Part shown: in pieces, positions 29,968-39,854 of the stretch
Layout: each line of letters starts with the position of its first letter
How positions within the stretch are numbered: position 1 is the stretch's first letter
Source of the DNA: a virus
IMG/VR virus record: IMGVR_UViG_3300036399_001951
Location: 72,740-136,739 of that record
Reading direction: 5' to 3' (one strand)
DNA: 64,000 nucleotides
The notes under the pieces: model-generated
Database searches by the model: none
Told to the model about the DNA's origin: nothing
What the model saw: only the letters and a program-made list of their open reading frames with translations
Translations under genes and position numbers: made by a program

Positions 29968-30810
29968 ATGAATTCTGGACGTATTTTAAATTTTAATTCT
30001 TGGAAAATTAAAGCCCTTAATGAAAACATCGAAGACGAAGTGGTACAGGATCAGTTAGCACAAGGAGAATTAATGGATCCTGATATGGGACCCAGTAAAG
30101 GATGCGATAATTGGTCCAGTACGGTAACAACTGCAAACACTCCATATCAAACTGGAGTGGTATCATCAATTTGGAATGGATCTGGAAAACCTAAGATAAC
30201 TATAGATAAAGCTGATAAAGATGGATTTGTCTTAACTTATTCTGGAGCGCCAAGTGGATCGATATTAATTCATGGAAAATGCGGAGGTGGAGATACTATA
30301 CATCAGGCTTGCATTGTTTTAGAAAGAGAATTAAATAAGCATTTTAAATGGTTAGCAAAAGATGGAATCTTAGTTAAGCCAGATCATAGCGGAATTAAGT
30401 TAGATGGACCTGTTTCTGAGGGAGCCGGAAAAATGAGATTGACTATGACTATTCCTCTTCTTCCAGCAACTGAGGCAGATGCAATTACTAACTTTAAAAG
30501 AAGAGGAGGTTGGGGACATCCTCAATTAGCTGGATTTGGAGAAATGAAAACTGAAGCATCTACTAAGAGTAGCAAAGGATGTGACGGCGTACACACTTAT
30601 ACCTATCCATCTCAATACCAATCAGATCAAAGCCAATGGTCAAAGGCAAAACTTACAGAACATTTTATATTCTGGAGAGATTTAGCTGGCTCCGGATACG
30701 TAAAGAAAGATGCAACAGATTTAGATATTCCTAAAGTTAATGTCGATATCGATAATACCAGAGTAGATAACATATATGTTGCCCCTACAATTGATTTACC
30801 TAAAAATTAA
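29968..30810 (+). CDS. hypothetical virion protein
   Basis: leader ILNFNSWKIKALNE; late promoter. Confidence 0.6.
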   Translation: MNSGRILNFNSWKIKALNENIEDEVVQDQLAQGELMDPDMGPSKGCDNWSSTVTTANTPYQTGVVSSIWNGSGKPKITIDKADKDGFVLTYSGAPSGSILIHGKCGGGDTIHQACIVLERELNKHFKWLAKDGILVKPDHSGIKLDGPVSEGAGKMRLTMTIPLLPATEADAITNFKRRGGWGHPQLAGFGEMKTEASTKSSKGCDGVHTYTYPSQYQSDQSQWSKAKLTEHFIFWRDLAGSGYVKKDATDLDIPKVNVDIDNTRVDNIYVAPTIDLPKN

Positions 30811-30913
30811 ATTTTATAGATGAGAATACTAGAAGCCGCGTTCTGTTTATTAATTATAGGGCCGATGGCAATAGTAATCACTTCTATTGTATGTGTATTC
30901 GAGCATCTAGGAA

Positions 30914-31129
30914 TTGATGTATAATGAGCTTATAAATATCTTAAATATAAGCAATAAGAAATTTTCTATATGCGAAGCTCAAGGAGCAAACGTTAAAGTT
31001 GAATTAAGTGGTAAACTCTCTAGTCGACTTAGACTCCAATTAATTAAGGCCGGAAGAATTCAAAAGGATACCATTGACTGGGATCCCACTGAAGGTAAGA
31101 CCAGGTTTAATATAAGAATTTGGATATAA
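30914..31129 (+). CDS. hypothetical protein
   Basis: 71-aa ORF ending before the hairpin at 31154-31180. Confidence 0.5.
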   Translation: MMYNELINILNISNKKFSICEAQGANVKVELSGKLSSRLRLQLIKAGRIQKDTIDWDPTEGKTRFNIRIWI

Positions 31130-31219
31130 TCAACTTTAATTGCATATAAAAATAAAAGTGCATCTTTAGGATGCACTTTATTCGTTCAATTGAACATTTG
31201 CCTAAGGTAGCAGGCAATT

Positions 31220-32920
31220 TTAAAACTCTGTTCCTTTATCAGATTTAGTTATCTTATTTCCAGATATAAATCTTTCTCTTTTAATAGTTATCTTATTTCC
31301 AGATTCAGTTTCTATCACAGTTCCATTTTTATCTTTAGATATAACAGTTCCAGTCTTTTGTATGTTATCTGAAATATTTCCATTATCATCTTTTCCTTTA
31401 TATACAATCTTATCTCCTTTTATAAGTCGATCATATGATACCGTTGTTTTTCCTATTAATCCACCGGTTGCCTTCTTTAATTTACTATCTACATTTTTCC
31501 CTACCGCAGAATTATCAAATTGAATAACATATTGATGTATAGAAATACCTACTCCCTGGTCATTTGACTTATTTAAAAGTTTATTTATAACATACTCATT
31601 ATCCTTAATTGGAGAAGGAGCTGTGTTTTTACTGACGATATTATATGATAGATTAAATTCGTTTACTGGACTTTGCTTTTTGATGTTCCACAATATTTCA
31701 ACTGCTCCTTTTTGTATCCTAGATCCAAGAGAATTATATATCTCATCTTCAATGCATTTACCTCTTCTCCAAGCTAACCATTGATTTCCAAGAGCGGTTT
31801 TTTCAGCTTTAAATGTTTCATCCGTTAATTTAGTCCCATCCTGTTTAACAGGCTCGCCTGTTCCGTCTCCAGATGTTTGAATTCCTTGCCAAGTTGGACC
31901 TATCGTAGAAGTCAATTGCAGTTTGGTAATAACATCATTGGGTCCTAATTCCTTAATTATATTTTTAGCAAATTCAATATAATCTGGGTAATCATCATCG
32001 ACAACTTCACCTTCCTCATCGTAATCATAATCCAAATTTTTCCAGGATATCCAAGTTCCCTTTTTTATTATTGGAGCGTCAGCCACTGGAGCTCCCTGTC
32101 CTTCTTCTTTACCGGGCTGTCCCTCTTTAGATATACTATATAAATATAAAACGTCGCTCTCCTTTTTAGCAGCGTCCTCATCTCCACCTTGTCGAGCAAA
32201 CTGAAATCGTTTATTAAGTGATCCACCGGGTTCCATTAATGAATCGTATAGATTAGAATATTGCAAAAAACTTCCGGTTGCCCAATTAGTTAAATTAAAA
32301 GTGTTTAAATATCCACAAAAATCAATTATTTTAGATATACCTTGATCCCATTTCTCAACACTTTCCAATTTTCCATCTGGTTTTAATTTTTCAACACTAT
32401 GTATTATTCCGTTTGCTCCTGGTAAATTAAAAGTTTGACTAAATTCTACCTTTAAAGATAATTCTTTAAGAACATTTTCGTCTTTAATTATGTTATCTGC
32501 ATAATTTTCAGCGCTAACGGAATTACCGATGCCCGCTAATACTAATTTAAATACATCTAATTTTGTGACTGTATCATTACCTATCTTTTTAAATTTACTA
32601 TCTATTAAGAAGGATACGTCTGGAATTTTATTAGTTAATTTCATTGCAGTTTCATACTGTAAAAAATTGTCAGTATTGTTAATTTCAAGATTATCACCAA
32701 AATCTCCAATTGATCCCCGTAACCCATTTCCTATTTTATATCCATCAGCTAAGCCTTCCGGTATGGCAACCTTAGTTTGAGGAATGCTTGCTTCAAATAT
32801 TCGATTAAGTCCTTTATACATATGAGACTCCAGAATTCTTTGAGATTTTTCATAATTACGACCAGCAGATTCATAAACTCTGAACCAGTCTTTAAACGGC
32901 AAGATTGAAGGTTTACTCAT
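31220..32920 (-). CDS. virion protein with OmpA-like domain (paralogue of 33628-35412)
   Basis: start MSKPSILPFKDWFRVYE at 32920; ITKLQLTS...ALGNQWLAWRRG resembles OmpA NxxLxxxR; C-terminal SH3-like. Confidence 0.55.
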   Translation of the reverse strand: MSKPSILPFKDWFRVYESAGRNYEKSQRILESHMYKGLNRIFEASIPQTKVAIPEGLADGYKIGNGLRGSIGDFGDNLEINNTDNFLQYETAMKLTNKIPDVSFLIDSKFKKIGNDTVTKLDVFKLVLAGIGNSVSAENYADNIIKDENVLKELSLKVEFSQTFNLPGANGIIHSVEKLKPDGKLESVEKWDQGISKIIDFCGYLNTFNLTNWATGSFLQYSNLYDSLMEPGGSLNKRFQFARQGGDEDAAKKESDVLYLYSISKEGQPGKEEGQGAPVADAPIIKKGTWISWKNLDYDYDEEGEVVDDDYPDYIEFAKNIIKELGPNDVITKLQLTSTIGPTWQGIQTSGDGTGEPVKQDGTKLTDETFKAEKTALGNQWLAWRRGKCIEDEIYNSLGSRIQKGAVEILWNIKKQSPVNEFNLSYNIVSKNTAPSPIKDNEYVINKLLNKSNDQGVGISIHQYVIQFDNSAVGKNVDSKLKKATGGLIGKTTVSYDRLIKGDKIVYKGKDDNGNISDNIQKTGTVISKDKNGTVIETESGNKITIKRERFISGNKITKSDKGTEF

Positions 32921-33011
32921 TAATTTGTATTTATTTTTATTATTTATCAGCAAATTAATTAAAATATATCATTTACGTTAGTATATTATATTTAACTAAA
33001 ATTTAAAAATT

Positions 33012-33599
33012 ATGAAAACTTTATTTTTTATATTCTCAATCTTGATCTCAAGAATCGCCATTTCTCAAGATACTATTACAATCAGTTCATCTGAATTAGA
33101 TTCTTTAATTTGGAAAAAGATTAATATTTATAGAAAACAAAAAGGATCTCCTGAATTAACTATATTCGAAAACTCTAAACTGAGGGAATTTAGTAAAAAG
33201 GTCACACTATCTAATTCTAGTTTAAATTTAGGTAAACACTCATATGATAGTATAGGATATTCATTTAACGGCGAATGCTTATGGCAACTCGTATCTAGTG
33301 GAAACTCAAAATCATTTATTGAAAGAATTAATAATTTATTAAGCGGTGATTACATGTATTGTGTAGATAAGGCGGTTAATGATTGGATTAATTCTCCAAC
33401 GCATGAAAAAATATTATCTAGACCGGAATATACAATATCGACAGTATCTGCGATTATAACTATCATAAAAAACAAAAATGGAGAATTTAGTCTTAGAATA
33501 GATGCATCGTACCATACATTTTCAAATCGCCCAGGAGCTTGCTATAGTAAGGAAGCAAATGAATACGTGGCTCAATTGATAAAAAAAGGGAAGAAATGA
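33012..33599 (+). CDS. secreted CAP/SCP-domain protein
   Basis: signal peptide; INIYRKQKG, H..GE, AVNDWINSPTHEKIL. Confidence 0.8.
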   Translation: MKTLFFIFSILISRIAISQDTITISSSELDSLIWKKINIYRKQKGSPELTIFENSKLREFSKKVTLSNSSLNLGKHSYDSIGYSFNGECLWQLVSSGNSKSFIERINNLLSGDYMYCVDKAVNDWINSPTHEKILSRPEYTISTVSAIITIIKNKNGEFSLRIDASYHTFSNRPGACYSKEANEYVAQLIKKGKK

Positions 33600-33611
33600 T
33601 CTTCCCTTTTT
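33583..33611. terminator. bidirectional terminator
   Basis: AAAAAGGGAAGA-loop-TCTTCCCTTTTT between convergent genes. Confidence 0.75.
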
Positions 33612-33627
33612 TGCTTTAATTTAATAT

Positions 33628-35412
33628 TTAGAATCCTCCAGTATCAGTATCTTTTTTACCTACAGTTGCCAAAGATTTAACAAATTGAGCATCACCAGGT
33701 CCTTCAGTTACTTTTACTTCAGTTCCATCCTTTTTAGCAATATAAAGCTGATTCGTATCAGAGTCCCTTCTAACAATTTCCTTTTCAATTTCTAGGAATT
33801 TTCCGGTCTTTTCTCCCCTTGCCATTTCTGGAACTTTAACTATGATTTTATCTCCTTTATCTAAATCTCCAAATCCAACCTTATCTTTTCCGGCTAATCC
33901 GAATGTTATTTTTTTCATCCAATTTGCCTTTAAATCAGTTAGAGCCTTAGTATCCCAAGTATATCTATATCTATAAAGAACTAGGCTTTTAGTTGATCCA
34001 GTAACAGTTCTTTTAGCTCTAACAAATTCAGTATCTACTATTTCTTTAGGAGCAACTCCAGCAGAATTAACTGTATATTTTAAATTTTTACCTCCAGCAA
34101 GACCTTGTTTTTTAACTTGCCATTCGATTGTAATAGCATCTGCAGTAATTCTATCTTTTAATAATTCCCTAAGAGCGTTTTCAAATTGTTTACCTCTTCT
34201 CCAAGCTAACCACTCATTTCCAAGAGCAGTTTTTTCAGCTTTAAATGTACTGTCAGTCAATTTTCCACCACTAGGATCTCCAGATCCATTAGATTCAGGT
34301 ACATTTGCAACTCCTGGCCATGATGGGCTTGCTCCAGTTACTATTGTCATTGATGTAATTTGATCTCCTTCTTTTAGATTCTCTACAATTTTTTGAGCAA
34401 CTCCTTGAATTTCTGGAAAACTAGAATCTACAGGAAACGGGCCATCTCCTTTCGCGGTCTTAGCATTCGCAAATTCAAAATCATTAAATTGTATTAATAT
34501 TTCCTCACTTAGTCCCTCAACCCCTTGTGTAGTTGTAGTTGTAGTTTCAGTAGTTCCTGCCTCAACCCCTGCTTTAAAAGGAGAATAGATATAAAAAGAT
34601 GACTCTGCCTTTTCAACTCCCTTTGCTTCTATTCCAAACTGAAGTATCTTATTCGCATCGAGACAGTTTTCAAGATCAACATATTGAGTACAATCTCCAT
34701 TTGCAAAATTAATAATATTAAAGGTATTAACGTAGTTACATACCACCTTTGGATTATTAACTGGAATTGTTGATTTTCCCTGTCTAGTATTTAACTCTGT
34801 TCCCCCATTTTCTATCTTTGCGCTACTACTAATCCATCCGTTTTCTCCCACGGTTGCTCCACTGAATTGAACTTCCCCGGCGGGTACTACCTTTAGTCCA
34901 AGCTCTTGAATTCTTTTGATTGCAGATTGAGCATCATTTTTAGGATCAAGTCCGTCTATTAATTGATCCCCAAAATATTCAATGCCGTGATATCTTCCAA
35001 TTCCACCGATCATAAGTTTAAATACATCGAATAGAGCATCCATACTGCTAGACTTGCTCCAAGCTGGATTGTCAGTATATCTTCCTGACATGATATATAA
35101 CGCTGGCATTGCCTGCCAACCAATTGCCTTATTCATTACCTCAACTAAGATACCATCTTCTGCTTGATCTACCCATCCCCATGCAGGTGTAACGGAACCA
35201 TCGGATATATCATATATAGCATTACCCTGTTTTACAGCCGGCACTTCGCCAACTCCATTTTGTTTTGAACTATTGCTTCGTTGTTCAAATATTCTCTGAA
35301 GGCCTCTATAAGATCTGGATTCCAGAATCTGTTGAGATTTTTTAAAATTTCGACCAGCTTGCTCATAAACTTTAAACCAGCTTCCGAAAGGTAAAATTTT
35401 TGGATCTTTCAT
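33628..35412 (-). CDS. virion protein with OmpA-like domain (paralogue of 31220-32920)
   Basis: MKDPKILPFGSWFKVYE leader; LTDSTFKAEKTALGNEWLAWRRG shared with the paralogue. Confidence 0.55.
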   Translation of the reverse strand: MKDPKILPFGSWFKVYEQAGRNFKKSQQILESRSYRGLQRIFEQRSNSSKQNGVGEVPAVKQGNAIYDISDGSVTPAWGWVDQAEDGILVEVMNKAIGWQAMPALYIMSGRYTDNPAWSKSSSMDALFDVFKLMIGGIGRYHGIEYFGDQLIDGLDPKNDAQSAIKRIQELGLKVVPAGEVQFSGATVGENGWISSSAKIENGGTELNTRQGKSTIPVNNPKVVCNYVNTFNIINFANGDCTQYVDLENCLDANKILQFGIEAKGVEKAESSFYIYSPFKAGVEAGTTETTTTTTQGVEGLSEEILIQFNDFEFANAKTAKGDGPFPVDSSFPEIQGVAQKIVENLKEGDQITSMTIVTGASPSWPGVANVPESNGSGDPSGGKLTDSTFKAEKTALGNEWLAWRRGKQFENALRELLKDRITADAITIEWQVKKQGLAGGKNLKYTVNSAGVAPKEIVDTEFVRAKRTVTGSTKSLVLYRYRYTWDTKALTDLKANWMKKITFGLAGKDKVGFGDLDKGDKIIVKVPEMARGEKTGKFLEIEKEIVRRDSDTNQLYIAKKDGTEVKVTEGPGDAQFVKSLATVGKKDTDTGGF

Positions 35413-35514
35413 TTTTAAATCTTTTTTATTATTTATCTGGTCAAAAAAGAAAAATTTTTAAAAATTTATCTTATTAATTACATTTAGACCAGTTTTGCTC
35501 TACTAAATTTTATA

Positions 35515-36363
35515 TTAAACCGGTCCGGATCCCCAAAATATTTTATAGATCCACAGATCACTGAGTTCCTTGTGTTTAGGCTCTGGTTTTAGGTGTCTGG
35601 CATCAGATTCAAAATCTTCAATCCTTGCCCCTCCACCAGGAGAAGTAATCCAGTTGAAGTTAATAAAATTATCTCCATAGGTATCGGTCTCCCATTTTAC
35701 TAATTTTGCCAGTTCCTTCAATTTATTTTCCTGTGAGGTCTTTTCTTTTTCAGGAACAGCAGGGTCCTCCTTCTTTTTTTGAACATATAATTCTTTACTC
35801 GGTGGAGAAATAACTACTGCTCTGGCACCGTGATCAGTAGCCATTTGCACAAGGGTCTGAATATTAGTTTTTACATATTCAGCAGTATGATCCCCTCCCC
35901 AAATATCATTGCTACCCCCTAAGATAGTAATGATATCATAGTAGTTAGCCCCTTTTTGAGACAATCGGGTCCTTAAATTATCAATCATCCAGGTAGTACC
36001 TTCCCCTCCTTTAGCAACTCGATCTACGGTTACTCTAGGTTGAGATTGAGAGATATCAGCATTTAATCTTTGGCCTGCCCACCAGCCATAGAATTTTCCG
36101 CCAGTTGTACTTGCAGTATTACTGTCCCCCACAAATAGGAGATTTAGGACCTTACCTTGGGCCAGGTTTTCCAGATTTTCTTTTCTCCCCTCGACATCCC
36201 CCTTTATAAGTTCAACAAATTTATTGAGCCCGGGTCTCTTTACTTGCCAGCCTCCACTTGGTAATTTACGATAGATTGAATCTGGCAAGGTAGGATAGGT
36301 ATAGTAACCGGATCTTTTATCCTCGAATACCCGGTTCCAGTCTTGATATTTTTTAATCCACAT
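35515..36363 (-). CDS. SGNH/GDSL hydrolase (esterase/deacetylase)
   Basis: blocks FVGDSNT, AKGGE, LGGSND, DARH. Confidence 0.85.
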   Translation of the reverse strand: MWIKKYQDWNRVFEDKRSGYYTYPTLPDSIYRKLPSGGWQVKRPGLNKFVELIKGDVEGRKENLENLAQGKVLNLLFVGDSNTASTTGGKFYGWWAGQRLNADISQSQPRVTVDRVAKGGEGTTWMIDNLRTRLSQKGANYYDIITILGGSNDIWGGDHTAEYVKTNIQTLVQMATDHGARAVVISPPSKELYVQKKKEDPAVPEKEKTSQENKLKELAKLVKWETDTYGDNFINFNWITSPGGGARIEDFESDARHLKPEPKHKELSDLWIYKIFWGSGPV

Positions 36364-36374
36364 TTAACTTAATT

Positions 36375-36956
36375 TTATTTTTTATTAGGATTGGTCCATC
36401 TGCCGTAGCCTCTGATTGGTCCCCACCAGCCTTTGGCTTTTACCCCAGTCACTTCCTGAATTCCCTTGGAACTGGAGGCATGGATCATAGTAAAGTCTCC
36501 ACCTTCAACTGCAGAAACAATTCCTACGTGACCTGCACCATTGAATCCAGGATCTGATTTAAAGAACACCAGGTCCCCTGGTTTAAGATCTGTAAATTCA
36601 ACCTTTACTGCCCTCTTCTCCTGACCTGGAGCATGACCTGGAAATCCACTATATAGAGCCGTATCCAGGGTACCATCGGCCTTATTAAACTGACCAGTTG
36701 ACTTTAGTACCCATTTTACAAAGCCGCTACAGTCAAAGCCCGGTGAACTGTTTCCGCTTACCACAGGATCTGTTGAAGCCTTAGGTCTTTGGCCTCCCCA
36801 CTTATAGGGCACCCCAATCTGGGACTTAGCGTATTTTAGTACTAGTGATGCGGTGCTAGCCTCAGGACTGGACTCTGGAGTACTCGGATCCCCTGGGATT
36901 CCAAACAGGTCCTCTGATACCTGACCCCATCGTTGATAGTTTTTAATCCATTTCAT
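36375..36956 (-). CDS. NlpC/P60 cell-wall endopeptidase
   Basis: GVPYKWGG, GFDCSGFV, LKPGDLVFF, GHVGI, MIHASS. Confidence 0.92.
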   Translation of the reverse strand: MKWIKNYQRWGQVSEDLFGIPGDPSTPESSPEASTASLVLKYAKSQIGVPYKWGGQRPKASTDPVVSGNSSPGFDCSGFVKWVLKSTGQFNKADGTLDTALYSGFPGHAPGQEKRAVKVEFTDLKPGDLVFFKSDPGFNGAGHVGIVSAVEGGDFTMIHASSSKGIQEVTGVKAKGWWGPIRGYGRWTNPNKK

Positions 36957-37066
36957 TTCTGAACCTTTATTTAGTTTATTTATCCGATCCAGTCACTAAT
37001 AATTAAAACCCGGGGTCAGGATCGGGTATAATATTCTGGGTCTCACCCTAAAAAAATAAAAAGAAT

Positions 37067-37498
37067 ATGGAAATAGAATCATTCGTTTTAGGTCTAATTT
37101 CGGCTGTCTTACTGGCAAGTCTAGTGAGTCTGGTCTCAGATTGGCTTAGGATTAGAAAATTAGAAAAATCACATCGGAGCCTAGAGCTCCTAATCAAGGA
37201 AGAACTGGAGAACATCTGGCGCAGGCGGGATGAAGACTGGCGCGAAACCCAAAGATGGCTGGAGGCACACAGTAAAGATGCCACTATGATCGAACGCACC
37301 CTTGGCAATCAATTGGGCGAACAATGGGCCAAAACAATACATGAACTGCAGCATCGGGACCGGGCTCTGCAGGAGCAGAAAGAACATCTTATGAAAAAGG
37401 TAGATGAAGCCTTTAGCTATACGGATTCCCGGATCGATCGTGCAATTCAACCTCTCACTCGAAAAGAAAGAGAAAAAGAAATTAATGTAGAAAAATAA
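37067..37498 (+). CDS. membrane-anchored coiled-coil protein
   Basis: N-terminal TM, coiled coil, YTDSRID; GTATAAT promoter. Confidence 0.65.
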   Translation: MEIESFVLGLISAVLLASLVSLVSDWLRIRKLEKSHRSLELLIKEELENIWRRRDEDWRETQRWLEAHSKDATMIERTLGNQLGEQWAKTIHELQHRDRALQEQKEHLMKKVDEAFSYTDSRIDRAIQPLTRKEREKEINVEK

Positions 37499-37604
37499 AG
37501 GTCCTCTAGAGGAACCCAGTGAGACCCGGAGGGGAGCCATTAAGGTTCCCCTTTTTTTTATCTTGGGCCAGGGGCCTTAATAAATAGAATAAAAATCAAT
37601 TGTT

Positions 37605-37970
37605 ATGAATAGTAACGTTAAATCTGTCACGGTATATACCACGAGCGATGGTAAAAAGTGGAGAGATGAAAAGAGTGCAGTGGGTTGGGAAAGGCAAATA
37701 TCTATTGAAGATAATTCTGATCTAGTAATGGAAGCCGTAGTGGAGGCAATTAAAGAATCAGCAAGTGACCAGCTGCCAGAGTCAACCTTACAGATCCTAG
37801 ATGAATTAATCGACAAGGCCCCGGCAGATTATACCACTTCGCCTGGGGAAAAGATCGAGGATCTGATGCTGAACTATATCGACCAGATGTTGGAAATCCT
37901 GAATGCCACTATTCCTAAATCAATCGAGGCATCCAAGGACCCGAGAGAAGATGGTGGCAGCGGCAAATAA
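37605..37970 (+). CDS. hypothetical protein (paralogous N-terminus with 37988)
   Basis: VKS...YTTSDGKKW.D...A..W. Confidence 0.65.
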   Translation: MNSNVKSVTVYTTSDGKKWRDEKSAVGWERQISIEDNSDLVMEAVVEAIKESASDQLPESTLQILDELIDKAPADYTTSPGEKIEDLMLNYIDQMLEILNATIPKSIEASKDPREDGGSGK

Positions 37971-37987
37971 AAATAATTGATTATAAG

Positions 37988-38287
37988 ATGGAAATAGTAA
38001 AATCAACCTATTACGTAACAACAGATGGAAAATCATGGGACGACTCTAAAGAGGCAGGGATCTGGCAGGACGAGATCGATCTTCAAGAGGCCTATTTAAA
38101 ACAGGTCGAGCCTTGGAGAGCAGTAAGAAGATTCCTACCGGTATACGGAGAGGATCTTAAATTAAATGCAACCGAGTGGAAACAAAAGAGGGGCAATATT
38201 CCTTTTAAAACTATATTTAAAGAAATATTTGTTAATAACTATTCTACTGCAAGGGATATCCTAATTGCATATTCAAAAGAGATCTAA
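37988..38287 (+). CDS. hypothetical protein (paralogous N-terminus with 37605)
   Basis: VKS.YYVTTDGKSW.D...A..W. Confidence 0.65.
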   Translation: MEIVKSTYYVTTDGKSWDDSKEAGIWQDEIDLQEAYLKQVEPWRAVRRFLPVYGEDLKLNATEWKQKRGNIPFKTIFKEIFVNNYSTARDILIAYSKEI

Positions 38288-38388
38288 CCTAAAAATTAAT
38301 CTGATACGAAAGGGACCCAAGTGGTCCCTTTTTAGGGTCCTAAAAAAAGGGACCCTACCGGACCCCTTCTACTTAATTAAGATAAAGA

Positions 38389-38559
38389 TTATTTCTTGGC
38401 AGCAATAGACCAGATAGCACCTACTAGGGTAATCACACCACCAGAGATCTCGGCCCATACACCCTCATCAATCAAGCCTTTGGTAATTAGGATACCTCCA
38501 CCAAAAGTCAAGACGTGACGTAGAATACCCATCCATTGTTCTTTAGAAAGATTTAACAT
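38389..38559 (-). CDS. small two-TM putative holin (not in the ORF track)
   Basis: 56 aa MLNLSKEQWMGILRHVLTFGGGILITKGLIDEGVWAEISGGVITLVGAIWSIAAKK; TATAAATA at 38578-38585 upstream. Confidence 0.65.
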   Translation of the reverse strand: MLNLSKEQWMGILRHVLTFGGGILITKGLIDEGVWAEISGGVITLVGAIWSIAAKK

Positions 38560-38645
38560 ATCAATTGGATTTTTTATTATTTATACCCCCGGATTCTTCC
38601 TAGGTTTTGGCCCTGCCTGAAAAATTTTTGGGGTGCACTCCTGTA

Positions 38646-39239
38646 CTATCTGAAACGACCCCTATAGAGACGACTCTCGTTTGTTGGAGGTGTCTGCTGC
38701 TCTATCGGAGATTCAGTACCTGGTAATCCTCCTAGGATCTGGGTTCCTTCTAGATTAATTTTAACCGTGAGCTTGCCACCTTCTACGTTACCAACTAGCT
38801 GAAATACTATTTGCTTGGCGTATTGAGTTACAGCTTTTCCTGGACCAGTTATGACTCTAGGAATATTGACCATTAAATTGCTACTATTAAAAGTTATAGT
38901 ACTGCAGTTGAGAGCAGAATCCCATTTTAAATTTGCAGCATCAATATCAGTAGGGTTCTTGATTAATGACCAGTCTTTCACTGCAATTGTAGTTGCAGCC
39001 ATGGATCCGCTAACCACCCGAAATCCTCCTGAAATTTTAAGCTGAAGAGTCTCAGCTTCGCCAAAACTAGTTGATTCAAGCCAGGCTGTCATTGACTTGG
39101 AATCAGCTTGATTAGCTTTTACTAGATCCTGACCCTGCTTGTCCATAAGACTGATTTCAAGATCTTCGGGTTTTACATTAATCACAGACTCGGTCGCTTC
39201 ATTTACGAACTGTCTGAAATTTTTAATAAATCTTGCCAT
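38646..39239 (-). CDS. hypothetical virion protein
   Basis: leader MARFIKNFRQFVNE; late promoter. Confidence 0.6.
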   Translation of the reverse strand: MARFIKNFRQFVNEATESVINVKPEDLEISLMDKQGQDLVKANQADSKSMTAWLESTSFGEAETLQLKISGGFRVVSGSMAATTIAVKDWSLIKNPTDIDAANLKWDSALNCSTITFNSSNLMVNIPRVITGPGKAVTQYAKQIVFQLVGNVEGGKLTVKINLEGTQILGGLPGTESPIEQQTPPTNESRLYRGRFR

Positions 39240-39290
39240 ATCGCTTTTTTCTTTTATTTATCCCATCCAGTGGTAAATTAAAAAGAAAAA

Positions 39291-39599
39291 ATGATTAAGT
39301 TACAAGATTTCCTAGGGGATCCGGAGCTGGAGAGGAAGTACGGTCCAGAACTAGTTAAGAGAATGCAGGATCCTGCCCAGGCAGAATGGTTAATCCGGGA
39401 ATACTTAATGCAGGCAGGGGACTGGATCCAGATAGAAGAGAACCCAGTACCGCATGGGATCCAGATCTCCTATACAGTAACTGAACCTAGCGGTAAATGG
39501 TACCGACTTCATTTCTTAAAGAGGAGTCAGGCAGGGGACCCTAGGCCGGAAGAACTGGAATGGTTAAAGAGGGAAAGAGGAAGAATAGGTATCCAGTGA
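39291..39599 (+). CDS. hypothetical protein
   Basis: 102-aa ORF with A-rich leader. Confidence 0.5.
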   Translation: MIKLQDFLGDPELERKYGPELVKRMQDPAQAEWLIREYLMQAGDWIQIEENPVPHGIQISYTVTEPSGKWYRLHFLKRSQAGDPRPEELEWLKRERGRIGIQ

Positions 39600-39612
39600 T
39601 AGCCCGGGAGTA

Positions 39613-39703
39613 GATCCGTACCCGGGAAAATTTTTTTCTACCCGAGAAATCACTAGGGCCAGGATTGGGTCCAGGTAAGGATCCGTACCCGGGAAAATTT
39701 TTT
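39613..39703 (+). repeat. direct repeat GATCCGTACCCGGGAAAATTTTTT x2
   Basis: copies at ~39613-39636 and ~39680-39703. Confidence 0.85.
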
Positions 39704-39854
39704 GGCCCGTGGGATTTTCATCAGTTTCCCCCGGGCCCTTTAGTTCACAAAAATCAACCTATCTGTCCTAATAGTCATCCTGGTACATATATAGTATAGG
39801 CCCCGGAGGGCTGTCCTGGTAGGCCCCGGGGTGACTTTTTTCACCCCTAGGCCC

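Noticed and set aside
698-37540. Numerous antisense ORFs of 60-150 aa inside long genes (e.g. 698, 2953, 16306, 27423, 37190)
   Set aside because: Shadow frames of real genes, with no promoter or leader and no motifs.
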